DNA of 64,000 nt, taken from Eledone cirrhosa. Its lineage: Eukaryota. The stretch spans positions 1,178,001-1,242,000 of the forward strand of contig OZ024755.1 in NCBI GenBank assembly GCA_964016885.1, given 5' to 3'. Below, piece after piece: positions 1 through 13,339 of this stretch. How positions within the stretch are numbered: the stretch's first letter is position 1; every line of letters begins with the position of its first letter. The position numbers and the translations under genes were made by a program. The notes below the pieces were generated by a model that worked only from the letters and a program-made list of their open reading frames with translations, was not told the origin of the DNA and made no database searches.

Positions 1-573
1 ACCACAGCTCTGATACTACAGACATGTAGTTAGAATATCTCAGGGAAGAATCTCTGAATTAAGAGACCACAGCTCTGATACTACAGACATGTGGTTAGAA
101 TGTCTCAGGAAAGAATCTCTGAATTAAGAGACCACAGCTCTGATACTACAGACATGTAGTTAGAATGTCTCAGGAAAGAATCTCTGAATTAAGAGACCAC
201 AGTTCTGATACTACAGACATGTAGTTAGAATGTCCCAGGAAAGAATCTTTGAATTAAGAGACCACAGCTCTGATACTACAGACATGTAGTTAGAATGTCT
301 CAGGAAAGAATCTCTGAATTAAGAGACCACAGCTCTGATACTACAGATATGTGGTTAGAATGTCTCAGGAAAGAATCTCTGAATTAAGAGATCACAGCTC
401 TGATACTACAGACATGTAGTTAGAATGTCTCAGGAAAGAATCTCTGAATTAAGAGATCACAGCTCTGATACTACAGACATGTGGTTAGAATGTCTCAGGA
501 AAGAATCTCTGAATTAAGAGACCACAGCTCTGATACTACAGACATGTGGTTAGAATGTCTCAGGGAAGAATCT
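1..573. repeat. 65-bp minisatellite, about 9 copies, truncated by the window start; lies in a reelin intron
   Basis: ACCACAGCTCTGATACTACAGACATG recurs at 1, 66, 131 and onward (period 65). Confidence 0.95.
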
Positions 574-914
574 CAGGTCAGATTTTATGGGCAAAAGCAG
601 CCGGCAGTAGACTCAGGGATAGACTCCAAGCAAGATGGTTGTATAACTTCCATGAGCTTGGCTGGTCTTGCTTGGAGACCCAGCTGGATCATTTGGAGAC
701 AGTTGCTTCTGACAGGACCTGCTAGAAGGAGTGTTTGAGGACTCACCCCCACGACCCTCCCAGGAATAAGTGGACAAAGAAGAAGAATTATATTTTCAAA
801 ATTTATCATCATTGAAACATTACATAAACAGGCATCAAGATTTTGAATGGAATTGAAGAGAGGTGGAAAATAGTTGTAAATAATGAAGGATTGATAGTTA
901 AAAATCTGACTTAC

Positions 915-985
915 CCCCTTTTTCACAGAGCTGAAGAACTGTGGTGTCTTTGAATAGCAAAACATTGCTGAGAGCTGCTGTGGCA
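915..985 (-). CDS. RELN: Reelin coding exon 3 (end of Reeler domain), 71 bp
   Basis: TTTGCAG acceptor and GTAAGT donor. Translates (R)ATAALSNVLLFKDTTVLQLCEKG, resembling vertebrate reelin [23 protein letters not shown]. Phase 2 entry matches the previous exon. Confidence 0.88.
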
Positions 986-2218
986 CTGCAAAATTAAATT
1001 AATATTTTACTGCTTTTGTACTGAGTTACATGGGACCAGTATCAATCTGACCTGACCATTGCAGCTGTTATTAATTTTAATTAACACTTTTAGCACTTTT
1101 AAATATTTCCCAAGTCTTAGAAAAAAATAAAAAACACACTTGACTGATCGTCAAATTCAAGTAAAAATAGATTTCTACAGTTTTCAAAAGCAAATATTGA
1201 ACCTCATTGAGTGAAACACTGAAACCTTGTCTTTCAAATTTACTAAGTCCAACTCATTTGAAAAAAAAATAAAAACCCTGCAAAATGCATTAAGTGTGTT
1301 GTGAATGTAGCATTAGATAAAGTGAATGTCGTGAATGTAGCATTACATAACCTGCATAAAGTGTGTTGTGAATGTAGCATTAGATAACCTGAATTCAGAA
1401 TGTTGCTGTGAATTGATTCACTTTGAAATATAATTGACTGATTTACAAAAGCAGCTCAATTTGAAGCTAAAAATTTGTTGACTTCAAAACTGAATTAGAA
1501 TATATTGAAAAAGATTGTTTTGTAAGAGAAATGGCAGAGAAAAAAGTGCAGAAAATGAGATTCTGAAACTATGGAATTCCATTCCATAAACTTCTGCCAT
1601 TTATTGATTATCCAAGCAGATAAACCCATGATAGCATGGAAGATAGACGTTAAACGATGATGATGATGATGATATTTTAAAGAATGAATTTAGTTATGTT
1701 TTTCTATAAAATAATTTGTAGAATACAAATAAAATAATCATAGTAACATGTTGCTCATGAACTCCTTCATGAAGACATGAGGGAATTTTTAAAAGATTCC
1801 TTCATGAGGAAATGTTGGTGCCATAATAAAATGCACCCAATACATTCTGTAAAGTGGTTGGTGTTAGGAAGGGCATTCAGCCATAAAAACCATAGCAATC
1901 AAATCAAAGAATTGAGAGAATTTTTTGATAGTGTCAAGAACACAACAACCTCCTTTCTGCTGGAGCCATAATAAAATGCACCCACTACACTCTGTAAAGT
2001 GGTTGGTGATAGGAAGAGAATCCAACTGTAGAATCAATGTAAAAGATGGAATGTATGTAAACAAAATGTGATTCATTGCTTGTTTGGATAAAACAAAGTA
2101 GCAATCCAGTGACCATGTAGAATTGACAGAATTATTAGAATGTGAGACAGAATGATGATATTCAGTACTAAAGCCTATGAAATGAACAACACATGAAAGA
2201 AAAAGTCATCATACATAC

Positions 2219-2450
2219 CGGAAGTTGACACATCCTGTTCCTGCTTGTGGTGCAATCCATTTAAACTGTAATTGGTATCCTGGTGCATTATTGGAATGTG
2301 AATAAATTGTAGAACACATGAAACTTTCACCTTGGACAGGTAAGCCAATGGCCATCGGCATATTTAGAATCTTTTTACGTACATCCTCCGATAATGTGTA
2401 GAGTCCAGTCAGTAGAAAGTTATCGAATGTATTACTGGATTGAATTGTGA
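2219..2450 (-). CDS. RELN: Reelin coding exon 2 (Reeler domain), 232 bp
   Basis: TACCAG acceptor and GTATGT donor. Translates ITIQSSNTFDNFLLTGLYT...FMCSTIYSHS...LQFKWIAPQAGTGCVNF, matching reelin TFFDGLLVTGLYT...FMCSVVASH...WIAPPAGTGCVNF. Missed by the ORF track. Confidence 0.92.
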
Positions 2451-2658
2451 CTGGTAATAGAAGTGAAGAAAAGAAGGAAACAATAACAGATTAGAAACAA
2501 AAGATCTTTCATTAGTATATTTCATTAGTATATTTCTAGTGAAAATAGCTGCTGAGGATGTGGAAATAATTGTGAACATAATGAAGCATCTGAGAGATTG
2601 ACACAAGTTCCAAACTACTCAGTTTTATTTATAATGGTCAGCGTGCTAGCTTGGACAG

Positions 2659-4067
2659 GATACAGACATGGTCAAGATACAGACATGGTCAGAATACAGA
2701 CATGGTCAAGGTACAGACATGGTCAAGGTACAGACATGGTCAAGGTACAGACATGGTCAAGGTACAGACATGGTCAGGATACAGACATGGTCAGGATACA
2801 GACATCGTCAAGATACAGACATCGTCAAGATACAGACATGGTCAAGATACAGACATGGTCAAGATACAGACATGGTCAGAATACAGACATGGTCAAGATA
2901 CAGACATCGTCAAGGTACAGACATGGTCAAGATACAGACATGGTCAAGATACAGACATGGTCAGGATACAGACATCGTCAAGATACAGACATGGTCAAGA
3001 TACATACATGGTCAAGGTACAGACATGGTCAAGGTAAAGACATGATCACGATACAGACATGGTCAAGGTACAGACATGGTCAAGGTACAGACATCGTCAA
3101 GGTACAGACATGGTCAAGGTACAGACATGGTCAAGGTACAGACATGGTCAGAATACAGACATGGTCAAGGTACAGACATGGTCAAGATACAGACATGGTC
3201 AAGATACAGACATGGTCAGGGTACAGACATGGTCAAGGTACAGACATGGTCAAGGTACAGACATGGTCAAGGTACAGACATGGTCAAGGTACAGACATCG
3301 TCAAGGTACAGACATGGTCAAGATACAGACATGGTCAAGGTACAGACATGGTCAAGGTACAGACATGGTCAGGATACAAACATGGTCAAGGTACAGACAT
3401 GGTCAAGATACAGACATGGTCAAGGTACAGACATGGTCAAAGTACAGACATGGTCAGGATACAGACATGGTCAAGGTACAGACATGGTCAAGGTACAGAC
3501 ATGGTCAAGGTACAGACATGTTCAGAATACAGACATGGTCAAGATACAGACATCGTCAAGGTACAGACATGGTCAAGATACAGACATGGTCAAGATGCAT
3601 ACATGGTCAAGGTACAGACATGGTCAAGGTACAGACATGGTCAGGATACAGACATGGTCAAGGTACAGACATGGTCAGAATACAGACATGGTCAAGGTAC
3701 AGACATGGTCAGAATACAGACATGGTCAAGGTACAGACATGGTCAAGATACAGACATGGTCAAGATACAGACATGGTCAGGATACAGACATGGTCAAGGT
3801 ACAGACATGGTCAAGATACAGACATGGTCAAGGTACAGACATGGTCAAGGTACAGACATGGTCAAGATACAGACATCGTCAAGGTACAGACATGGTCAAG
3901 GTACAGACATGGTCAAGGTACAGACATGGTCAGGATACAAACATGGTCAAGGTACAGACATGGTCAAGGTACAGATATGGTCAGGATACAGACATGGTCA
4001 AGGTACAGACATGGTCAAGATACAGACATGGTCAAGGTACAGACATGGTCAAGGTACAGACATGGTC
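2659..4067. repeat. 17-bp minisatellite (GTACAGACATGGTCAAG), about 80 copies, in a reelin intron
   Basis: Direct reading of the sequence; it produces the 17-aa cyclic ORFs in all three + frames. Confidence 0.97.
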
Positions 4068-4199
4068 TGGTTGATCCAAGGTTTTAGTAGAAGATACAGG
4101 ATTCTGTATAACAAACATGTGATTGTGAAGTGAACTTTTTAACCACATGGCCATGCCTGTGATCGGACCTTGTCTGAGGCTTGACCATTAAGTAGAGTA

Positions 4200-4405
4200 A
4201 ACATATAGATGAGTTGCCACATCTCTTGTCTCAGAGACAACAGGTGGGTAGAGCAACAGAGTGGACACCAAGGCAGTGGAGAACAGCCAAAGACAAGATG
4301 GCACGATGATCTGACCCAACACCTCAGCTCCAAATGGCCCAATATAGTCAGAGATAGGAAGTTGTGGGGTCAACCAAGGAGGCGTCTCTCAAAACTGGAA
4401 TGAGG
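4200..4405 (+). mobile_element. Degenerate 3' end of an RTE-like LINE
   Basis: QPKTRWHDDL...W...RDRKLW resembles the RTE C-terminal GRPxxRWxDD...DRxxW motif. Confidence 0.5.
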
Positions 4406-4459
4406 AGGATCTGGATTTTTGATTTTTAGTAAAACAAAATTTAAAAAAATTCTACTTAC

Positions 4460-4676
4460 TTTCGTATGTTTTACCCGGATCATAATATTCCGGATTCCCT
4501 TTAATTGAGACACTCAAGGAAATCTCTCCCTTTTCTATTCCAACATCTTTGCTTTGTCCATTGATGTTACATAAGAAGAAAAATGGCTGAATATGAGGGA
4601 AAGCCAGTGAGAAGCTGATGGAACAAAGCAATACTATCAGTGGAACACATATATTGGTTTTCTTCTTAGAATACAT
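4460..4676 (-). CDS. RELN: Reelin first coding exon (signal peptide plus Reeler N-terminus); exon acceptor boundary at 4689
   Basis: MYSKKKTNICVPLIVLLCSISFSLAFPHIQPFFFLCN...GEISLSVSIKGNPEYYDPGKTYE matches reelin PFFFLCT...[29 protein letters not shown] acceptor upstream; GTAAGT donor, phase 1. Confidence 0.92.
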
Positions 4677-4834
4677 TTCTTTGAGAGACCTGCAGAAGAG
4701 AAATGGAAGTAGAATAGCAAAACATCAGGTATAAAATTAGGTTGAAACATTTAATAATAGTTTATAAATATTCCTTGATGAAACATTGGTCATAAAAAAG
4801 GTACAATTGTAATGTTTCTTCTTTATAGTCTTTT

Positions 4835-4990
4835 AACCTTTTACTTGTTTCAGTCATTAGTCTGTGACCATGCTGGGGCAACACATTCAAGGGATTTAAA
4901 TCAATCATATCAACCCCTGGAGTTATTTTGAAGTCTGGGACTTATTTTATTGTTCTTTTTTGTCAAAACGCTAAGTTTGGGACATAAACA
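4835..4990 (-). mobile_element. SINE 3' fragment; related tail at about 14930-15060 on the + strand
   Basis: Shared tail CCCCAGCATGGYCACAG...TGACTGAAACAAGTAAAAG at both sites. Confidence 0.5.
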
Positions 4991-5809
4991 CACACACACA
5001 CAGAATCACAGAGAGACAATCACCCACATACAGACACACACAATTTCAGATTCAATTCTCTAACCCCTAAGCTACCTACTTTCACAAGAAAGTACCAGAA
5101 ACATGATAAAGTTGTGTGTAATTGTTTGACATTCAGATACGTGTTGTTAGTTTTATACTATTGAATCAGGGAAGGAAGGGTACTGCCCATAACTCTTTAC
5201 AGGGCCTCTGACATTGGTCAGAAGGAAGGAAGGCAGGAAGAAAGGAGAGAGGATAGTATCCTCAAACTAGAGACCTGGGTCAAACACCTTCAATAGAATG
5301 GACTTTGGCTAAAGACACCCGAAGACCAGAGAAGTGTGGGTATCAAGCCAGATGTTGGATTATGTCTATCATACAAGATTTGAACTTTAAACAGACAGAC
5401 ATAGCTGGAACAAATACTGCAAGGCACCATGTCAAATTTGAACTCTGAAGAGACAGACATACCCGGAACAAACACTGCAAGGCACCATGCCTGAACTCTG
5501 AATTCTATATGCAACCCCAATGAACTGAAAGTCTGTTAGCTGATGGTCTAGTACCAATACCAAGTCACTTTGCTGTTTTCATTTCACAAATAATGTATTC
5601 AATTAAAACCAGGAATAATCTTTACATCTAGTAATACACAAGAGTCAACAGCTCACGGCTATGTCTATCTAATCAAAGTCTCATTTATTTTTCTATTGGA
5701 AAGTGAAATTATAAAACAATAATTAAATCTTATACAATAAGACTTACCTCATCATATAACTCAAATTAGTAAACTCAACCAAAATGCTGTTTAACAACTT
5801 CAGTGTGTT

Positions 5810-5955
<146 letters not shown>

Positions 5956-6028
5956 CCTACCAATGCTACCATGAAAGATGGATGTTAAATGATGATGATA
6001 TTGATATATATATACACATATATATATA

Positions 6029-6069
<41 letters not shown>

Positions 6070-6879
6070 ATATATACAAGACATATATAAGTTGATAAAT
6101 AAATGAAATGACTTACATATAATTTTGGTTAGTTTCTCTTAATGTAGATTTATTTTTAGAGTATCCATTTTTAAGTTTTCCAATTCCTCCAATACTTGAA
6201 ATTTGTTGTAATTTTGCTTAAATCTTTGGTTGGTTCTTCGTCCTGTCTCTATGTCTGGTAAATTGTGGTTTTATTTTAATAGGAATTATTCAGATATAAT
6301 AACATTTCAGAAAATTATTTTCAGAAAATTTCAGAAACTGTATTAGCCAAAGTAATTAATTGTATTAAGGAATATTCACCTGTTTATATTTATATATATA
6401 TGTATATTTTTAAATATATATATTATTATATTTTTAAATATATATATATATATTGTTATGTTCTTATATATATTGTTATATTTTTAAATATATATATATT
6501 ATATTTTTAAATATATATTATTATATTTTAAAATATATATATATTGTTATATTTTTAAATATATATGTATTATATTTTTAAATATATATTTTAAAAAGGA
6601 CAAAAGAATAAGGAAATTGATAAATAATTTAAGTATGTGACTTGTCCAGTTCTTGGAGAGGTTAGTGATTTTTAGATTCGTTGAGGTCAGCCTAAATATA
6701 AGGATGTTTTTTGGAATGTTGAGGTGTGCCTGAATCTGACAAACCAAAGTTACAACTGACTCGTAAACAGTATCAAATTATATGTTAAGCCTGAAGGAGT
6801 TGACAACTAGACTTTTCACAAAATTCCAGCATGAAATGTTTTATCAGATTTCCTTTAAAATATACAGATGTAATGGAAG

Positions 6880-7205
6880 ATGGTTGGTGATAGAGGTGAT
6901 GGTAGAGGTGGTGATGGTGGTGGAGGTGATGATGATGGCGGTGGTGGTGGTGATGGTGGTGGTGGTGATGATGGAGGTGGTGGAGATGATGGTGGAGATG
7001 ATGGTGGTGGTGATGTTGGAAGGTGGTGATGGTAGAGGAGGTGATAGTGGAGGTGATGGTGGAGGTGATAGTAGAGGTGGTGGAGGTGATGATGATGGCG
7101 GTGGTGGTGGTAGAGGTGATGGTGGAGGTGGTGGTGGAGGTGATAGTAGAGGTGGTGGTGGTAGTGGTGATGGTGGAGGTGGTGGTGGGGTGATGCTGGT
7201 TGGTG
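6880..7205. repeat. (GGT/GAT)n cryptic trinucleotide repeat
   Basis: Direct reading; source of the poly-Gly and poly-Pro ORFs. Confidence 0.9.
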
Positions 7206-7520
7206 GGTCTGGGGGCATTTTTAAATTCTTAAAAAACCCATAAAATACAGATAACTGTTTTTTTGTATATACACTCACTCTCACACATAAATATAGACGT
7301 ACATGTATACACACATACAGATGTACATGTATACACACATACAGATGTATATATATATATACATACAGTTATAAACAATCATATACATACACACAAATCA
7401 ACTGGACATTTATATACATGAAATATCAACTGAAAACAGATTTATGTGTAAATAAATAGTAAAACAGTGTATTCCCAGACACACCCTCTGCAGGAGATGG
7501 CTGGACATCTTACATACCCG

Positions 7521-7607
<87 letters not shown>

Positions 7608-7900
7608 TTGTTATTTGTAATAGATACACCCACCCACATAATATATATAAATATTCATTCATGTGTATATATATATATATATAGATACACATATATAAAT
7701 ATATAAAAGAATATAGATATACATATGTATATATATATATATATACATACAAATATATATATATACATATGTATATATATATATACATACATATATATAC
7801 AATCATTTTACATCTGCATAGATATATATTATCCAAGTATGTATATATTAATACATTACAAAGTGCAGATTCAAATACAAATGTGAAGATATTATCTCCA

Positions 7901-7976
<76 letters not shown>

Positions 7977-8180
7977 GCGAGCATGGAAGAACGGACGTAA
8001 AACGGTGTTGATGATGATGATGATATATATATATATATTTATTTTTGGAAAGCCAGATTCCTGATGATTTCTAAAGAATGAAACAGTTCCAGTCCTGTAG
8101 AATCTCATCTATATTAAAACTTTTATACTCTGCTATGTATTGAGTACCTTACTCACTGTGGTTACCTCTGATTCAACCCG

Positions 8181-8215
<35 letters not shown>

Positions 8216-8292
8216 GATAAATCTAGAAACGATCGTTAAATAGTGAACTTTTTTTGTTTAATATAAGGAATTGTTTGTTCATTATTTGTTTA

Positions 8293-8356
<64 letters not shown>

Positions 8357-8583
8357 TCTTTCTGTTTCTCATTCAGTTTTTCTTCTGAGAGTGGAAAAAG
8401 TTTCAAAAATGTCCAAATTTACTTGGTTTTTCAATCAAGTGTTTTTACAGCTGAGCATCCTTCCAACTGCAACTACTGAACCATGGACGGGAATTAGAAG
8501 CTATTTTATAGCTTTGGCCACAGACATAGGCAAGTAGATTTATATATATATAAGCATGTATAAGCATGTATAAGCATGTATAA

Positions 8584-8640
<57 letters not shown>

Positions 8641-8781
8641 CATATATATATATATAAGCATATATATATGTAAGCATATATATATATATATATAAACATA
8701 TATATATATGTATATATGCATATATGAACATATATATATATGTATATATGCATATATATATATAAGCATATATATATATAT

Positions 8782-9011
8782 AACAAAGAAGTTGTGGTAA
8801 GGAACCAGATGGACCATAACGCACCAGAGTACTCAATACTTAGGGTAGTAGAGTGAGTAATAGGAGAAAGTATGACCCCAACGGCAGAGCTCAAGGTGTT
8901 TCGACGGGTATTTCTGGACTAAAGTAAGAGTTTTTTTTAAAAAAACTCTTACTTTAGTCCAGAAATAGCCGTCGAAACAGCTTGAGCTCTGCCGTTGGGG
9001 TCATACTTTCT
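8782..9011. mobile_element. Hairpin element family A (long arm plus inverted copy); second copy at 39823-39990 in opposite orientation; fragment at 53929-53960
   Basis: About 70-bp near-perfect inverted repeat at 8865-9011. The flank GTTGTGGTAAGGAACCAGATGG is shared with the 39.9-kb copy. Both copies sit in (TA)n. Confidence 0.75.
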
Positions 9012-9816
9012 TCTCTCTCTATATATATATATATATGTATATATATATACATATATATACATATATATACATATATACATATATATACATATATATATAT
9101 ATATAAATATATATATAAGAGTTACGAGAAAAGTTTAATAAGTTTCAATTTGCCGAGAGCAGAGACATATTGGGACTTTAATTTCCATCTGAGTGTGAAG
9201 AAGAGAAAATGGCTTTATTTTATGGACTATTCCAACAGAATGGTCTGCTCCTGGAAATAATATGTACATGGTTGAATGTTCCATAATCATGAAAACTCTA
9301 AAAAACCAATTCTCAGGAAGATTAGCGTGACACCATGTGACAAGGCTGGCCTTTTGAATTACATTGTCTATTTAATAGGTTTCCAAAGACATTGTCAACC
9401 TAGTTTCCATCACATTTAGGTTGAGTTGACCTAAAGTTATGGTAAAAGAAACTTGCCTAAGATATCACGTAGTGTGATTGAATGTGAAACCTTGTGGTTG
9501 TGAGGCGACCTTTTTTTACATCTGACCATGACTGTATCCAGGAAAACTGGTAAAAAGCAACGTTTAAAGGGGGACATACTATTACAACTGATCTCACTTG
9601 GGAATCCAGCTGGATCAATTGGGAACAGTTGCCTCTGATAGGGTCCACCAGAAGGCGTATTTCAGAACCCTGCTCCCATGATCCTACCAGGAATAAATGG
9701 AAAAAGAATATATATAATTATACTCTCATATAGGCACTCAACCATACGTATGTTGAACATACAAGTGTATAGAATAGAAGAAATTAGGTTGTTTAAAGAG
9801 ACCACTTCTTGCTTAC

Positions 9817-10400
9817 CTCAAGAATCACGTGTCACTTTCATTATCGTTGTAGCCTTTAAGTAAAATATATTTTACGTTTTCAGAGATTTTAATGATAGAG
9901 TGAAATGCTTGTAAATTAAATTCCAATCCAATCTGCGATCTTAATTCTTCAATGGTTGCTGGAAAATGGAAACGTTTGTTTAAAACCTTTGAAAATTCCC
10001 TTATAATTCTATTTCCAAGCAATCTGAATTTGTTGGGTTTTTCATTAACTTTGTGTCACTAAAGCGATATGAAACTACCTGAATGTACTACATGTGTCGA
10101 TACAATTAGTGTCTTGCAATGAATACACTATTCTAATAAAATATTCTAGGTTTTGGCACGTTAGTGCCATGTAACTCAACAGTAGCGTGTCAAAGTTTTT
10201 AGAGGTGATTTGTTAAAACCGAAAAGTCGTCAACGAAATATCATATATACATAAATAAGATCGTTTGTGACTCCAATCTGTTCACAAACACCCAGAAAAC
10301 ACCCGGAACCGAACACCGACCTGCTAAACCAAACTAAGACCCATCCTTCCTCCAAACTACGGCAACCGAACACGGACCACCCGCCTTCCTCGGCATACAT
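9817..10400 (-). promoter_or_regulatory. Candidate non-coding first exon/promoter region of reelin
   Basis: Strong GAG|GTAAG donor at 9817 on the - strand and a locally CpG-richer unique segment upstream. The reelin ATG exon has an acceptor, so an upstream exon should exist. Confidence 0.25.
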
Positions 10401-11274
10401 GTACATGCATTTTTTTTTATGTATATATATTAATTCTAGATATATTATCTGAATCACAACACCCAACACCTTTTCTCAGCTGGACACTAGTAGATAGGAG
10501 AAGACCTAGAGGAGAACTCTAAATAGCAGACAATGGCACCATTTGGTGAACATGAGACGAATGGCGACACAACTACGACCTTTGCTTATCTGATACCTAG
10601 ATAAGTTTAAACTAAAAACTAGAAATTTTGTTAAAGATTTGAATTTCTTTTTTCTTTTATTTTTTTTTTCTTGCTGGAATAAAAGTATTTAAAAAGATAA
10701 TTTGTCAAACCGTGAAGTGTTAACGGAATTCTAAAGGAAACATTATTATTTTTGTTTAGGTCTGATCTGACGATCGGCAACTTTCTTCTAACCTCAAAAA
10801 GACATTAAACCAAATCTCTATAATTCATAACTGTTTTAAATGAACGGTTATATTTCTGTTTGTTGTTGTTGCTGTTTAACCAACACTTATGTTTGAGGTG
10901 ATATTTAAATTAACTTGTGTGTGTACTTCTCGCTTTTCAGTCAGGGGTGGTGTAGTAGATATAGAGAGAGGGAGAGGTTGGTGCTAATTGATATATCGGG
11001 GGGAATGGAAGAGAACTCTAAAATGGTCAGAAAACCTCGATATGTGATAAACATAACATGTACATAAATTGTAGCGCATATCCAAATAGATGTGCGTTTT
11101 GGTAGTTTGGGGAGAAAATATAATTATTGGAGGGGTGGGGGAATACCCCGCCCTAATTCCATATGTAGTATATAGATATTAAATACGTCTAAATTTGTTT
11201 TAATCCGTAATCTTTGTTTAAGTCTTTAAACAATTCGAAGAAATCTATTTCAAAATCCACCTAACCATGTAATA

Positions 11275-11960
11275 ATAGTCCATCTTACCTATATAGACCA
11301 TCTTCCCTGTATAGTCCATCTTCCCTGTATAGTCCATCTTCCCTATATAGTCCATCTTCCCTATATAGACCATCTTCCCTGTATAGTCCATCTTCCCTGT
11401 ATAGTCCATCTTCCCTATATAGTCCATCTTCCCTATATAGACCATCTTCCCTGTATAGTCCATCTTACCTATATAGACCATCTTCCCTGTATAGTCCATC
11501 TTACCTATATAGACCATCTTCCCTGTATAGACCATCTTCCCTATATAGACCATCTTCCCTGTATAGTCCATCTTTCCTGTATAGTCTATCTTCCCTGTAT
11601 AGTCCATCTTCCCTATATAGTCCATCTTCCCTATATAGTCCATCTTCCCTATATAGTCCATCTTCCCTATATAGTCCATCTTCTCTATATAGACCATCTT
11701 CCCTGTATAAACCATCTTCCCTATATAGTCCATCTTCCTTATATAGTCCATCTTCCCTATATAGTTCATTTTCCCTATATAGACCATCTTCCCTGTATAG
11801 TCCTTCTCTATATAGTCCTTCCTCTCTATCTAGTCCATCTTCCCTATAGAGTCCATCTTCCCTATATAGTCCATCGTCCCTATATAGTCCACCTTCCCTA
11901 AATAGACCATCTTCCCTATATAGTCCATCTTCCCTGTATAGTCCATCTTCCCTATATAAA
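11275..11960. repeat. 18-bp minisatellite (TATAGTCCATCTTCCCTR), about 38 copies
   Basis: Direct reading; gives the MDYIGK repeat ORF. Confidence 0.95.
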
Positions 11961-12437
11961 CTACATATCTAATTATTAAACTCAATGTTTGATAAAAGTC
12001 AATATAAAGGCCAATGGCCTCACAAAGTCATAATTATCCACCCACAACATTATCCACCCACAACATTATCCACCCACTACATTATCCACCCATTACATTC
12101 AATTAACATAAATCGTTATTGAAAATAAATGATGATCTTCTTGCATGCATGATTATTTCTATATTTCACTCGCTAATTGGAATATAATTCTTATGGAGAA
12201 ATTTAGTTGCTGAAGGATAAAATTGAATTATGTGAAAATGTGTAAATTTATATCTTAATTTATTGCTAATATTATTGAATCAATTAACAAGAGAAGTATC
12301 GTCACTCATCAATGCTAAATTACTTCGATTAATACTAATGATAATATTGTCTAAGATACTTTTACTAATTATAGTTAACTCACATTTGCTTAGATATATG
12401 AAAGTGTAAGATGGATTGACAAAGTCTTGTTCCAAGC

Positions 12438-12500
<63 letters not shown>

Positions 12501-12504
<4 letters not shown>

Positions 12505-12730
12505 GTCGTTTGGAAGCCTCGACAATGCAGATGGGTAAATCTCCGGGTAACAAGATCCGGTGGTGGAGAGAGAGAGATGTAAGTGGGTGTACGTTGAGAT
12601 GCGTGGCGTGTATAAGACGTGTAGAGGAATGAAGGAAAGAGCGTAAAGGATAAAATTAAAAATACCACCACCGGATCTTGTTACCCGGAGATTTACCCAT
12701 CTGCATTGTTGGGGCTTCCAAACGACTTAA
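12501..12730. mobile_element. Foldback/MITE-like element with 66-bp inverted arms bounded by TTAA
   Basis: 12501-12566 is the reverse complement of 12665-12730 with about 2 mismatches; flanked by (TA)n. Confidence 0.7.
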
Positions 12731-12776
12731 AGAAATTTACCTTATTATTCCACAATGCTTCAAGCAAACTTCAATA

Positions 12777-12827
<51 letters not shown>

Positions 12828-12872
12828 GCGTATATACATATACATATATATATGCATATGTATATATATATA

Positions 12873-12940
<68 letters not shown>

Positions 12941-13023
12941 TATGCGTATATACATATATATATATATATAACCCATGCTAGCGTGGAAGAACGGACGTAA
13001 AACGGTGATGATGATGATATATA

Positions 13024-13130
<107 letters not shown>

Positions 13131-13339
13131 CACACACACATATAAATAAACACACAGACACACATATGTATAAACACATACACATACACACACACAAATA
13201 TATAAAACACACACACACATATACATATAAACGCACGCACACGCACATATATACATATAACACACACACTGATATACACAACCACTTTACTATGAAACCC
13301 AATATTCAAACATTTACCTTCCACCCTAAAATTATTTTT

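Noticed and set aside
2598-4133. 511-aa and overlapping repeat ORFs
   Set aside because: Translation of a stop-free 17-bp minisatellite inside a reelin intron; open in all frames with no unique domain.
6782-7338. Gly-rich and Pro-rich ORFs
   Set aside because: GGT trinucleotide repeat with no splice or domain support.
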